Shown here: in pieces, positions 45,860-56,509 of the stretch
Numbering within the stretch: position 1 is the first letter of the stretch
How the letters are laid out: the number at the start of each line of letters is the position of its first letter
Assembly (NCBI GenBank): GCA_040382515.1
Contig: JBEIFH010000005.1
Coordinates: 2,397 to 66,396 of the forward strand
From: Chlamydiia bacterium
GTDB taxonomy: Bacteria; Chlamydiota; Chlamydiia; Chlamydiales; RGXB01
DNA: 64,000 nucleotides
Reading direction: 5' to 3'
Position numbers and translations under genes: made by a program
The notes under the pieces: model-generated
The model's database searches: none
Seen by the model: only the letters and a program-made list of their open reading frames with translations
Told to the model about the DNA's origin: nothing

Positions 45860-47716
45860 ATGTATCAGCAAATGTACTCCAGAGCCCCCTTGCTCTTTTT
45901 AATTTTTTCCAATTTCACACGACTCAGTTTATCGCTGTATAATGCCTGGATAGGGACCATAAGTTGGCTTGAAATCCCCGCGATCTTGGGGATAGGGTTT
46001 TTATTTGATCTTAGGCCGGCTCTGCTATTTACCCTCTGTTTTGCCCTGATTTCTAAATGCACTCCGTCATTTATTAAAAACTGGATCGAAAAGAGACCGA
46101 TTTTAGAATGGTTCGGTTTCATGATAGTCCTATTTCTTTTATCCTTTCAGATGTTTGCAGAGTGGATTTTCTGGGGAGACATGGATAGCAGATTCAACTT
46201 CATAACAATCGATTACCTGATCTACACCCATGAAGTGGTGAATAACATCATGCAGTCCTATCCAATAAAAACCTATCTTGCCATCATGCTTGCGATCGCA
46301 GGTTTAGGGGGCTACTACTTGAAACGATTCCCCAAGGCACCGATGGCCTACGATCTAAAAACGACAACGAAGGTCGCCTGCTTTTTAGTTTTTTCATTTT
46401 TGCTGCCCATAGAACATTGGAGTAAAAACAATTTCTCCCAGGAACTGAGTGAAAACGGTACCAGCAACCTGCTTCACGCCTTTTTTAATAATCAATTGAA
46501 CTACAACCAATTTTATCAAACGATAGAACCCTCCTATTTGAAAAACCGGGTGGAGAAATATTTGCAAGTGAAGCAGCCCGAAGACAAACAGGACCTGGTC
46601 TTGAGGAGCATCCCCTCGTATGCCCCTTTTAGAAACTTGAATGTTGTTCTCATCACTGTCGAGAGCCTCAGTCAGGAGTTTCTAGACAAAAAACCTGCAT
46701 CTTGGACCCCGTTTATTTCAAGTTTAAAATCCCAATCGATTTGTTTTAACGACCACTACGCTACAGGGACAAGGACCGTCCGTGGACTGGAGGCATTGGC
46801 CTTAAGTGTTCCCCCGACCCCCGGAAGCTCTATTCTCAGAAGGCCCCACCACGAAAACCTGTATACTGTCTCATCGGTACTCAAACCTAATGGCTATGAG
46901 ATGCTTTTTTGGTATGGGGGCTACGGCTATTTTGATAACATGAATGCGTTTTTCGAGCGCAACGGGTTTACAGTTAGGGATCGTCTCCACATCTCCTCAA
47001 ATAGAGTTGAGCATGAAACCATCTGGGGTGTCAGTGACGAACACCTGTTCGATGCCTTTTTAGAGGAAATAAATACGAGAAAAGAGCGCTCTAAACCTTT
47101 TTTTAGCCTTATAATGACAACTTCGAACCATCGCCCCTACACATTCCCCAAAAATAGAATTTCGATGCCACAAGGGACACGAGAAGCTGCCGTCCGCTAT
47201 ACGGACTGGGCGATCGAGCAGTTTTTAGAGAAGGCGAAAAAAACAGATTGGTTCGACAACACCCTCTTTGTCATCACAGCGGACCATTGCGCCTCGAGCG
47301 CCGGTAAAATGAAGCTGGACCCAACAAAATACCTGACGCCCTGCCTATTTTATGCGCCGAAACATCTTGAACCGAGGTCTATCGATATCCGCACAAGCCA
47401 GATGGATGTGATCCCCTCGATTATCGGGCTATTGGGAATCGGCTATGAGAGCCGGTTTTACGGAAACGATCAAATCCATACCCCGATCGATCGCCCCGTT
47501 CCGTTGGGAACTTATCAGCGCTTAGGCTTTTTCGGCAAAGAGGAGTTGGTTATTTTATCACCAAAAAAAGAGGTGAACACCTACAAAAATGTTCCGGGGG
47601 GGTATAAGGAGATTTCAAAAGAGGAATCGATCACCTTAAAGGATGCAATTGGACTCTATCAGAGTGCCTTCAACCGCTATAAGAGCGGACAAATGGATGC
47701 GAATCCCCCTTCCTAA
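45860..47716 (+). CDS. LTA-synthase/sulfatase-family membrane phosphoglycerol transferase
   Basis: Several N-terminal TMs; NVVLITVESL, GTRTVRGLEA (catalytic Thr), TTSNHRPY and ADH motifs. Confidence 0.92.
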   Translation: MYQQMYSRAPLLFLIFSNFTRLSLSLYNAWIGTISWLEIPAILGIGFLFDLRPALLFTLCFALISKCTPSFIKNWIEKRPILEWFGFMIVLFLLSFQMFAEWIFWGDMDSRFNFITIDYLIYTHEVVNNIMQSYPIKTYLAIMLAIAGLGGYYLKRFPKAPMAYDLKTTTKVACFLVFSFLLPIEHWSKNNFSQELSENGTSNLLHAFFNNQLNYNQFYQTIEPSYLKNRVEKYLQVKQPEDKQDLVLRSIPSYAPFRNLNVVLITVESLSQEFLDKKPASWTPFISSLKSQSICFNDHYATGTRTVRGLEALALSVPPTPGSSILRRPHHENLYTVSSVLKPNGYEMLFWYGGYGYFDNMNAFFERNGFTVRDRLHISSNRVEHETIWGVSDEHLFDAFLEEINTRKERSKPFFSLIMTTSNHRPYTFPKNRISMPQGTREAAVRYTDWAIEQFLEKAKKTDWFDNTLFVITADHCASSAGKMKLDPTKYLTPCLFYAPKHLEPRSIDIRTSQMDVIPSIIGLLGIGYESRFYGNDQIHTPIDRPVPLGTYQRLGFFGKEELVILSPKKEVNTYKNVPGGYKEISKEESITLKDAIGLYQSAFNRYKSGQMDANPPS

Positions 47717-47735
47717 GGGGGTTCAAGACCCGTTT

Positions 47736-48791
47736 TTAAACGGGTCTTGAAAACTTGTTGAAAAGCGCTTTTTGGATAGCCCCGATCTTCATCACATATT
47801 TCAAAAGAAATCTTCTCAAAAAGTGGTGAACCGGCCCCTTTTTTGTCACAAATTCGTAGATCGAATCGGTCCAGAAAAGGAGGTTTTTCTCATAGCGCCT
47901 TCTTTTAGACGCCCAACTCCGAATATCGTCTTTTAAAAGGGCCTTTACAAAGAGATAGGCATCTTCCATTCCGCTGTTCATTCCGGTGCCCCCAACAGGC
48001 GAAGAGGTGTGGGCCGCGTCCCCCATCAGGACACACTTCCCTTTGGCATATGTTTTTGCTATGCGGCAATGGACATGGTAGTTTGCAGACCAATAGGTGC
48101 TGGTGATTTTGATGTCTTTGGGGAGGAATTTCTCACAATCGGGTGCATTCGAAAACACTCTAAAAGTCTTAGGTCCGATGGCAATTATAAAAAGGAGGAC
48201 GCCATCGTCAAAAAATTGAATCATAGCTGTTTCTGGATCGGTCGGCGGGTGATCAAACTCTACATCTTTGAGCGACCAAGTTTGCGCGTAGCTTTTTCCC
48301 AAAAAGTCCACGCCGATCATTTGCCTTACAATACTATGAGTTCCGTCGGCTCCGACAATCAGATCGTATTGATCCTCTTCAATAAGGCCGTCTTGTCTTT
48401 TAAGGCGCGCATTTCCATGGACATCTACATAGAGGCACTCTATTCCCCTTTGAACGGGTAAATCTCGCCCCAAAATTTCCTCTGTGATGTTTTGTCCGAT
48501 GCTGCACAAAAATCTGGGCAAAGTTACGCTGTGTAACAGTTCGTTTTTTTCTTCAAAAACAAACCTTTGAATTGGGGTTCCCCGCTGTTTGAATTCTTCT
48601 TGGAGTCCTAGCTCTTTCAAAATCACCTGGAGAGTGAATGCATGGATCGCAATAGCCCTCGATTCTTGGGCTGCCGTCAAACTTTTATCGATATGACGCA
48701 CTCGCGTGAATCCTTCTTTCTTCAATAATCTGTGTAGGGTCAACCCTACCGGGCCCGCTCCGACGATCAAAATTTTGCTATTTTTATCCAT
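47736..48791 (-). CDS. FAD-dependent aromatic monooxygenase (PheA/TfdB class)
   Basis: IVGAGPVG, GADGTHSIVR and GDAAH..SPVGGTGMNSG motifs. Start ATG 48791. Confidence 0.92.
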   Translation of the reverse strand: MDKNSKILIVGAGPVGLTLHRLLKKEGFTRVRHIDKSLTAAQESRAIAIHAFTLQVILKELGLQEEFKQRGTPIQRFVFEEKNELLHSVTLPRFLCSIGQNITEEILGRDLPVQRGIECLYVDVHGNARLKRQDGLIEEDQYDLIVGADGTHSIVRQMIGVDFLGKSYAQTWSLKDVEFDHPPTDPETAMIQFFDDGVLLFIIAIGPKTFRVFSNAPDCEKFLPKDIKITSTYWSANYHVHCRIAKTYAKGKCVLMGDAAHTSSPVGGTGMNSGMEDAYLFVKALLKDDIRSWASKRRRYEKNLLFWTDSIYEFVTKKGPVHHFLRRFLLKYVMKIGAIQKALFNKFSRPV

Positions 48792-48924
48792 ACTTCTAAA
48801 ACTATGATAAAAATAAATTTGTAAACAGAAGTTTTTTTTTAAAATCTTCTGTGGACGGTATGGTGAATCGAAATGCAAATGATTGAATTGCGCTATTTAA
48901 AAAGATTGTTTATCAGAAAAATTT

Positions 48925-50334
48925 ATGCTGAAACGGAACTGGTACCTACTTTTTTTTCTTATGGGCTGCAAACCTCCTCCGGAAGTTTCACCCCAAAAGT
49001 ATGCACCGGAATCCAATGCGAGTTTTTGGATCACCTCAAAGGCGGATAAACGGCATATTGACGCAATCCCTTTTATAGATCTCAGCAACCTTGAAAACCA
49101 ACCCAATATGCTCGGTATTTTAGACCTGTTTCAGATAGGTTTAAGCAACAGTCCGCTCACGAAAAAGACCTTCTATGATGCCCAAAGCGCAGCTTCAAAT
49201 TACGGAATTGCCCGTTCGGCACTCTACCCAGATATAAAAATTAATTTTCAATATTTACGACAGCTCCAGGGCTTTCAATTGAATAACTCCCTATTCAAGT
49301 TTTATACCACCACTTATGGACCCGAAGTGATCCTAAACTACGCTCTGATAGATCTGACGAGGCAGCCCAACATCGAGTCGAACTATTTCCTTTTGCTCAC
49401 ACAAAATCTTACCCATAACGGGGAAATCCAAAACGTATTGAAAAATGTGGCCGATAGCTATTACGTCTACTTGTACCAAAAAAACCTCCTAATTGCCTAT
49501 CAAAGCGATCTTGTTGATGCTCAAGCGACCTACACCGCCGCCATCGAACGGTTGCAGCTTGGAATTTCCGATCTTACAAATGTGATGCAGGCAAAAAGTG
49601 TTTTTCTACAAAAAAAAATCAATGTAGTTTCCCAGGAAGCTATTTTGAAAAATGCTTTGATTACGCTCAACACCACATTAGGCGTTCCGGGACAAACAAA
49701 CCTTAACGTGGAGGATTTTCCGGATCCCAAGACAATCAAAAATTCCCTTTTAAGCCCTGACGAGCTCCTGACTATTGCCCAATCTATGCGTCCCGACTTG
49801 AAAGCGATCAAAACCAAGATTCTGCAACGTAAAGCAGACCTTAGAAAGGCTTTTGCTACAAATTACCCCAAACTAACATTAAAAGCTAACGGGGGGCAAT
49901 ATTGGTTTAATCAAGGTTTCACCGATCAAGGAAACTGGAATGTAACGTTTAATCTTGATATGCCTATTTTTACCGGATGGAAGATAACAAACAGCTGCAG
50001 ACAACAACTAGCCCAAATTGAAGAGGCCGAAAGCTCCCTCAATCTTTTACAACTCCAGGTGATTTCGGGAGTGATGACCGAATATAACAATTTAGTCGCC
50101 GCTTTGGACCAGCTCAAATTAAGCCAACAGTACCTTGAGGCTGCTGAAATTGATTACAAGGGGACATTTGAAGGTTATAAAGCGGGCACAAACGACATAT
50201 TGGATGTTTTGAATGCGCAGGCATCTTTAGCAGATGCGAGGGCAAAGCTTGTACAGATAGTAAGCAGTTACTTTCAATCCAAAGCAAATCTTACCTTTGA
50301 AATAGGTACAATAAACAAAAACGAGGCTCCATGA
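48925..50334 (+). CDS. TolC-family outer-membrane efflux lipoprotein
   Basis: Lipobox (LMG-C), two OEP repeats (ARSALYP, AFATNYP); first gene of the RND operon. Confidence 0.9.
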   Translation: MLKRNWYLLFFLMGCKPPPEVSPQKYAPESNASFWITSKADKRHIDAIPFIDLSNLENQPNMLGILDLFQIGLSNSPLTKKTFYDAQSAASNYGIARSALYPDIKINFQYLRQLQGFQLNNSLFKFYTTTYGPEVILNYALIDLTRQPNIESNYFLLLTQNLTHNGEIQNVLKNVADSYYVYLYQKNLLIAYQSDLVDAQATYTAAIERLQLGISDLTNVMQAKSVFLQKKINVVSQEAILKNALITLNTTLGVPGQTNLNVEDFPDPKTIKNSLLSPDELLTIAQSMRPDLKAIKTKILQRKADLRKAFATNYPKLTLKANGGQYWFNQGFTDQGNWNVTFNLDMPIFTGWKITNSCRQQLAQIEEAESSLNLLQLQVISGVMTEYNNLVAALDQLKLSQQYLEAAEIDYKGTFEGYKAGTNDILDVLNAQASLADARAKLVQIVSSYFQSKANLTFEIGTINKNEAP

Positions 50335-51410
50335 AATACAACATTCTTTTGCACATTATTCCCCTGGTTTTATTTTACGGTTGCTCAAAACCTAAGCAGG
50401 TAAAACAGCATCCCACCCCGCGCGTCAAAGTAGCAGAGGTGAAGGCGATGCCCGTAGATATCACAATCGGGGGGATTGGACACGTTACCGCATTCAATTC
50501 GGCCAAAATCTGCGCTCAGGTGGAAGGGTATCTTGTGGATATCTCCTATACACAAGGGCAGCTCGTCCAAAAAGGGGACCTCTTAATCACCATAGATCCA
50601 AGACTCTACCAGGCAGAACTGGAGGCTTCCCAAGGGAGCCTCATGGAAGCCAAAGCAAACAAGGCGTTCAGCGCTAATAAAAAGGAGCGCTACTCCAGTC
50701 TCGTTAAAGATCAGTTCGTCTCTGAACTCGACTACTTCCAATATGTCTGTAATGACCAGCAGCAAGACGGTGCGATTGTCATGAATCAGGGTGAAGTCCA
50801 AAAAAATCAGGTGAATCTAGATTTTTGCTATATAAAGGCTCCGTTCTCCGGAAGGTGCTCTAAAAAACTTGTAGATGTAGGAAATCTCATTTCTGATCCC
50901 GCTGAAAATCTTATGTTATTGAATCAAATCACCCCTATCTATATCGATTTTTCAGTTCCTGAATATGATTTTACCCACATCATGCAGATGCAAAAAAAGC
51001 AAAATCTGGACGTAAGAATCAAAGTGCCCGGATCCAACAATACGGTCGTGGGGAAATTGATTGTCATAGACAACCAGATTGATCAAACTACCGGCCAAAT
51101 CCCCCTAAGGGCGCAGTATGAAAACGAAGAAGAGGCCCTCTGGCCGGGGCAATACGCGAACTGCGAACTTGTTCTCGAAACAATCCAAAACGCCCTTATG
51201 GTCCCTGTTGATGCTTTAGGTATTGGGGCAAAAGGGAAGTATGTGATCAAAGTCGATAGTTCCAATACAGCAAAATACATGTGGGTACAAACGGGAATCC
51301 AAATGGACAAGATGATACAGCTCATCTCCGATGAGATTTCAGCCACAGATCGGGTCATTATCCAGGGGCAGATCAACGTGGCCGACGGGTCTAAAGTACA
51401 GGTTTTATAA
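50331..51410 (+). CDS. RND efflux membrane fusion protein
   Basis: Lipobox, QVEGYL..I...GQLVQKGDLL, IKAPFSG and LWPGQY motifs. Confidence 0.93.
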   Translation: MKYNILLHIIPLVLFYGCSKPKQVKQHPTPRVKVAEVKAMPVDITIGGIGHVTAFNSAKICAQVEGYLVDISYTQGQLVQKGDLLITIDPRLYQAELEASQGSLMEAKANKAFSANKKERYSSLVKDQFVSELDYFQYVCNDQQQDGAIVMNQGEVQKNQVNLDFCYIKAPFSGRCSKKLVDVGNLISDPAENLMLLNQITPIYIDFSVPEYDFTHIMQMQKKQNLDVRIKVPGSNNTVVGKLIVIDNQIDQTTGQIPLRAQYENEEEALWPGQYANCELVLETIQNALMVPVDALGIGAKGKYVIKVDSSNTAKYMWVQTGIQMDKMIQLISDEISATDRVIIQGQINVADGSKVQVL

Positions 51411-51418
51411 GGGGTTGT

Positions 51419-54400
51419 ATGCATTTCTCCAAATCTTTTATCACCAGGCCGGTAGCAACAGTTTTGACGATGTTTACCCTAGTTGTATTTGGTTTTTTCG
51501 CCCTACAAAGCCTCCCGGTCGCTGTAGTGCCAAACATTGTATCTACTACTTTTACCATAAACTGTACTTATCCGGGAGCCTCCCCGAAACAGGTGGCTGA
51601 ACTGGTGACAGCACCTCTAGAGTCCCAGTTTCTAGCTATTCAAGGTGTGAAGTACCTCACCTCGACAAGCAGTTACGGCACCTCTTCGATCATGGTCCAG
51701 TTCCACCCCTCAATCAATGAAAATGATGCTGCGACGAATATCCAGCAGGCTATTTCGCAGGCACAAGGGCAGCTCCCCGCGCTCCCCTCGCTTCCTAGTT
51801 ACAACAAAGTCAATACCGCCGATGCCCCGATCATGTATATTGTGATCTACTCCGAGACGCAGACGCGAAATACCATCTATGATTATGCGCAAAATATTCT
51901 TGCAAGACAGCTTTCTACTGTCGATGGGGTGGCAGATGTCTCTGTTTATGGGAACAGCCCTGCAGTACGTGTACAAGTTGATCCTGAGTCTCTAGCTGCC
52001 AAAGGGCTCACGATGAACGATGTTCAAAACGCCATCAAACAGAACAACCCTGTCCAGCCGACGGGAAAATTTTTTGGCCCCCATTTTTCTATCATTACAG
52101 AAGCAGATGGGCAGATGTACCAACCCGAGCCCTACAATTCGATGATAATAAAAATCAACAATGACAATGTCGTACGGCTATCGGATGTTGGCTATGCCTT
52201 TGATAGCAGTACGAATGATCAGCAATCTGTGATCTGGTTCAACAAGGGGGACCCTATCCCAAAAACCGGGACTTTTTTAGCCATATACAAGCAAGACAAA
52301 TACAACACGGTGAAAGTTTGCAAAGATCTGGAAAATAAAATGGAAGAGCTTGGGGAATCTATTCCCCAATCTATTCAATATAAAATCCCTTTATCGCAAA
52401 AAAATTACGTTCTTGAAGCGATTGCTGATATTCAACTCACCCTCTATATCGCATTTATTTTAGTAGTGGTTGTCGTTTTCCTTTATCTGGGTAGACTACG
52501 CAATAGCATCATCCCCTTGATCACCCTCCCGATCACTATAATCGGCACCTTCATATTCATGCTCTTTTTGGGATACAATATCGATATCATGTCCCTATCG
52601 GCTCTCACCTTGTCTACAGGTTTTCTGGTCGATGATGCTATTATTGTTTTAGAAAATATCGTCCGCCATACAGAAGAGGGGCAAACCCCTCAAAGCGCCT
52701 CGATGAATGGCTCGAAACAGATTTTTAGCGCCATCATCTCCATCTCTGCTTGTCTATGCGCTGTCTTCATACCCATGCTCTATATCCCCGGAATCGTAGG
52801 CCAACTTTTTAGTGAGCTTGCCGGAGTGGTGATCATAGCTATTTTCCTTTCCGGATTTATTTCTGTAACGCTTACCCCGATGCTTTGCAGTCGTTTCATA
52901 CCAAACTTTAATCAAACTAAAAAATCGTACGTCGAAGAGCTCTCGATCGCTTTCAATGAATATTTAAAAAAACTCTATACTCCTTTACTGAAGCGGTCTT
53001 TGGAATATAAAAAAACAGTTCTTTTTGGTGCTCTCGGAATTTTTTTAACTTCTATATGGATTGCAGTCAGTGCCCCTAAAGAATTCCTACCTACTATCCC
53101 CATCAATGCCATCGCAGGGTATGTGATTGCCGAAAATGGGGCGTCTCCCGAAAAAACAAGCCAGTACCTGACTCAAATCGGAAAAATTGCTCATGAAACC
53201 CCCTTTGTCAAGGGGCTATGTACAGTCACAGACTCCCCTACTGATAATATGGGTGTACTTTTTATAATATTAGAGGATTCTGAAGGCTCTCCCCCTTTTG
53301 AACAAATTCTAAAGAATTTGTACGAAAAATCTTCAGAAGTTATCGGCTGCAATGCCTATTTTAGACCTCAACCTCTGATCAATATCCAGTCAGGAAGCAC
53401 CTCACGAGCAGAATTCCAATATGTGGTCACAGCCACAGACCAAAAAACTGTTGAGGAAAAAGCTCAGCTCCTTATGAAGGCTATGCAATTAGAGCCCGAA
53501 TTCACAACGGTAAATTCCGATCTTTCGATCGGTAGCCCCGTTTTTAACATCAACATGTTACGCGATCAGGCAAGAGCTTACGGGAATATCACCCCCCTGG
53601 AAATCGAAAATATCCTCGCCAACTCCTACGGTCAAACATACGTTTCGACCATCTATAACCCAAATTCGGTGAACTACGTTATTTTAGAGTTGAAAAATCA
53701 ATACAAAACGTTTCCCGATGAGATCAATCGCCTTTTTCTAGGTCCAAAAAACGGAAATACAAACATGACTTCAGTCTTCAAAGGGTCTCTAACGGCAACA
53801 ACAAATATGGTCAACCACTTCAACTCCCTCCCCTCATGCACGATCTCTTTCAATGTCCCCAAAGGGTATACAATCTCTGAAGCTATTGATAAGCTTCAAA
53901 TGTTAGGACCTACCATTTTTGAGGGAAAAGCTTCAGGGTTTCTAGCAGGGTCCACAGCAGAATTCAAATCATCGATGATTCACCTCTTTGTTCTTTTTGT
54001 TTTAGCCCTATTCGCCATATATATCGTTCTCGGAATCCTCTACGAGAACTTTCTTCACCCTCTAACACCTTTATCTGCGGTCCCCTTCGCTGCATTCGGC
54101 GGCCTCATAACGTTGCAGTTATTAGGGGTAAAATTTTCGATTTATGCGATGATCGGTATCATCATGCTGATGGGTATTGTGATGAAAAATGGTATCCTTA
54201 TAGTAGATTTTGCTCTTGAAGAAATTGAAAAAAATCCCGAGTTTACACCCGAAGAGGCGATCACAAAAGCCTCTATGATCCGATTCAGACCCATTTTGAT
54301 GACCACTTTGGCTGCGATGATGGGTGCAGTTCCAGTGGCAGCCGGCATCGGGGGGGTCATTGCAGAAAGTCGAGCGCCGTTAGGGATAGCTATTGTTGGG

Positions 54401-54547
54401 GGATTGTTTTTCGCACAATTGATGAGTCTGATTGTTGGACCGGTAGTCTTTACCTATGTAATGAACTGGTCCAAAAAGCTCACCTCCAAAAAGGGGGGAT
54501 TATTTGCCCCCATCGAGGAGTTGGAGACCGAAACAACTAAAGAATAA
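51419..54547 (+). CDS. RND efflux inner-membrane transporter (MdtB/C-like)
   Basis: FITRPVAT, GFLVDDAIIVLENI, GIVMKNGILIVDFA and RFRPILMTT motifs; 1042 aa. Confidence 0.96.
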   Translation: MHFSKSFITRPVATVLTMFTLVVFGFFALQSLPVAVVPNIVSTTFTINCTYPGASPKQVAELVTAPLESQFLAIQGVKYLTSTSSYGTSSIMVQFHPSINENDAATNIQQAISQAQGQLPALPSLPSYNKVNTADAPIMYIVIYSETQTRNTIYDYAQNILARQLSTVDGVADVSVYGNSPAVRVQVDPESLAAKGLTMNDVQNAIKQNNPVQPTGKFFGPHFSIITEADGQMYQPEPYNSMIIKINNDNVVRLSDVGYAFDSSTNDQQSVIWFNKGDPIPKTGTFLAIYKQDKYNTVKVCKDLENKMEELGESIPQSIQYKIPLSQKNYVLEAIADIQLTLYIAFILVVVVVFLYLGRLRNSIIPLITLPITIIGTFIFMLFLGYNIDIMSLSALTLSTGFLVDDAIIVLENIVRHTEEGQTPQSASMNGSKQIFSAIISISACLCAVFIPMLYIPGIVGQLFSELAGVVIIAIFLSGFISVTLTPMLCSRFIPNFNQTKKSYVEELSIAFNEYLKKLYTPLLKRSLEYKKTVLFGALGIFLTSIWIAVSAPKEFLPTIPINAIAGYVIAENGASPEKTSQYLTQIGKIAHETPFVKGLCTVTDSPTDNMGVLFIILEDSEGSPPFEQILKNLYEKSSEVIGCNAYFRPQPLINIQSGSTSRAEFQYVVTATDQKTVEEKAQLLMKAMQLEPEFTTVNSDLSIGSPVFNINMLRDQARAYGNITPLEIENILANSYGQTYVSTIYNPNSVNYVILELKNQYKTFPDEINRLFLGPKNGNTNMTSVFKGSLTATTNMVNHFNSLPSCTISFNVPKGYTISEAIDKLQMLGPTIFEGKASGFLAGSTAEFKSSMIHLFVLFVLALFAIYIVLGILYENFLHPLTPLSAVPFAAFGGLITLQLLGVKFSIYAMIGIIMLMGIVMKNGILIVDFALEEIEKNPEFTPEEAITKASMIRFRPILMTTLAAMMGAVPVAAGIGGVIAESRAPLGIAIVGGLFFAQLMSLIVGPVVFTYVMNWSKKLTSKKGGLFAPIEELETETTKE

Positions 54548-54554
54548 CCCCGTT

Positions 54555-55526
54555 TTAAAGGATCACGGGAAGATGGAATTTGGTATTGTTTTCACAGGAT
54601 TCTATGAAGCGGTCGATCTCGTAGGAGCGCCGCTCAATCAATTCTTCAGCGAGTTCAAGAAAATAGACATTCAACTCATCGTCCCCTTTAAAGCCGTCGG
54701 CAGGTTTACTGCTGATCATGTTGAGTCTTAGATGGCTTTGGATCGGTAAAATGCTCTCTTTATTAAAAAACTCCATGGTCTGATTGACAAAGGCCTCTTG
54801 AGCCTGTCTCAACTCTGCCAAGATATTATTCATCCAGCGCAAAGGTCCCCTTTTGAACGTGCTATGTTGCGATTCAGACGGGGTCAAAGAGCTCCCAATC
54901 GAAAGAATATGGGCCCCCTTACTACGGATCTGGTCCTTGTAATTAAAGAGGGCCAGAAGGCGGGGATCATTGACATACAGGGCAAGATCGGAACCCGAAA
55001 ATTTAGGTTCGCTTAGCCTCGAATCGACAGCACCGTAAACAGCATTCGCTCCGGTCGAGAGATAAAGCACATCGCAAAGGTAGGTGTTTTTATCGGCGTC
55101 GGAATCGAAGATGCGGATTTTTTTATTTTCAAAATCCCAAATTGGAAAAACACCCCGAATGCGTAGATCCTTCAGTTGGGCATTTGCAAAAAAGCGGTAT
55201 AAACCATCCCATTTTTTATCATGGTTCAATGCCGGCTTCAAAGCACCCCAAAGCGTTCTGATACGCTCTTTTCTATTGGAGCGCATATTTTTAATTGTAA
55301 AGATGATCTCATCGATCAAGTCATTTGCTGTAATGTCGCCAAAAGACATGATAGCGCCCAGAAAAGCCCCTGCTGATATCCCTGTGAAGGCATCAAAAAA
55401 ATCGGATATCTTCTTGCCGCTGCGCCGCTCGATCTCGGCCAAAAGGCGAACTGTAAACACACCGGCAAACGCACCCCCGTCGAGGCTTAAAATTCTAAAT
55501 GATCGATTGGAAACATTTCTATCCAT
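54555..55526 (-). CDS. Patatin-like phospholipase (divergent), copy 2
   Basis: ILSLDGGAFAG, FDAFTGISAG nucleophile; DGG motif replaced by DLA..NDP. Confidence 0.85.
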   Translation of the reverse strand: MDRNVSNRSFRILSLDGGAFAGVFTVRLLAEIERRSGKKISDFFDAFTGISAGAFLGAIMSFGDITANDLIDEIIFTIKNMRSNRKERIRTLWGALKPALNHDKKWDGLYRFFANAQLKDLRIRGVFPIWDFENKKIRIFDSDADKNTYLCDVLYLSTGANAVYGAVDSRLSEPKFSGSDLALYVNDPRLLALFNYKDQIRSKGAHILSIGSSLTPSESQHSTFKRGPLRWMNNILAELRQAQEAFVNQTMEFFNKESILPIQSHLRLNMISSKPADGFKGDDELNVYFLELAEELIERRSYEIDRFIESCENNTKFHLPVIL

Positions 55527-56374
55527 CCATCCACCTCTTTACGAATCTGTCCCGGTGTTAATGATAAATCCCCCATAAAGCTAAAGTCGAGCCCCCCGTC
55601 GATAAGCGGATAAAACGTCGTGATTTTAAAGGAGGGAAATAACTTCGAATTTTTCACCATCTCGGACAGGTACTGTTGGTAACATCTGCCAATCGACTCG
55701 AGCTCCTCAAATATCTGCTTGGAAAAAACCCAGTGCAGCCACCCTTTCTCAAAAAGCTTGCGCACTTTAGACCCCTCCTGCCTCTTTTCCCCTACACCGA
55801 TATGCAAAACTTCCAAATGGAGGCCTTTCCACTCCCGGTAAAATTGCATCAACGAATAAAACAGAGGACTTCTGCTCGCCAAGGAGACATCCACTATGGA
55901 TATGTCCATTTTCGGTTTGAAAACAGAAGGGGCAAAAATCAGTTTGAGGATGAGATCGTAAATATTTAGGTCTTTGTCTTTGGGATTTTGAGAATCAAAG
56001 GTGACAATCTGCTTGAACCGATAGTCATAACCGTGGCAGATCACCCTTTTGTTGAGTGTGCCAAGTGTTTTTTCTTGAAAAAACTCCTTGAAGGGCTCGG
56101 CTACTTTTTTAGGGCATATTCTGGGAAATAAGGGGGAAAGAAGTCGGTGGGTTCTTGAGTTAAGGTATTTTTGGGAAGTCTCAAAGGCCGCCTCAATTTG
56201 ATCCATCGGCATCCCAGAGGCCAGGGACAATGCCAGGACCGCCCCCCAGGAACTCCCCAAGTAGACGTCGAAGTGCCGGTCGAATGGGATCGAACGGAAT
56301 TGAGAGATTTTTTTCATGATCTGTATTTGCCCGAGTCCCCTGCAGGGGGCACCCTCTATAGACAAAAGTCTCAT
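55487..56374 (-). CDS. Patatin-like phospholipase (divergent), copy 1
   Basis: LLSIEGAPCRG, FDVYLGSSWG, FAPSVF; DGG replaced by DVS. Confidence 0.8.
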   Translation of the reverse strand: MRLLSIEGAPCRGLGQIQIMKKISQFRSIPFDRHFDVYLGSSWGAVLALSLASGMPMDQIEAAFETSQKYLNSRTHRLLSPLFPRICPKKVAEPFKEFFQEKTLGTLNKRVICHGYDYRFKQIVTFDSQNPKDKDLNIYDLILKLIFAPSVFKPKMDISIVDVSLASRSPLFYSLMQFYREWKGLHLEVLHIGVGEKRQEGSKVRKLFEKGWLHWVFSKQIFEELESIGRCYQQYLSEMVKNSKLFPSFKITTFYPLIDGGLDFSFMGDLSLTPGQIRKEVDGWIEMFPIDHLEF

Positions 56375-56509
56375 AAATCCTTTTTTAAGTTCTTTGTAAA
56401 GGGAAATTATAGATTATTCAACAGTTTTTTTCATCAGAGTTCTTTTTAAATACAGGACAAACTGACAAAAAAGATTGCTTTGTGATTAAAATAAATTTTT
56501 TATATCTGA

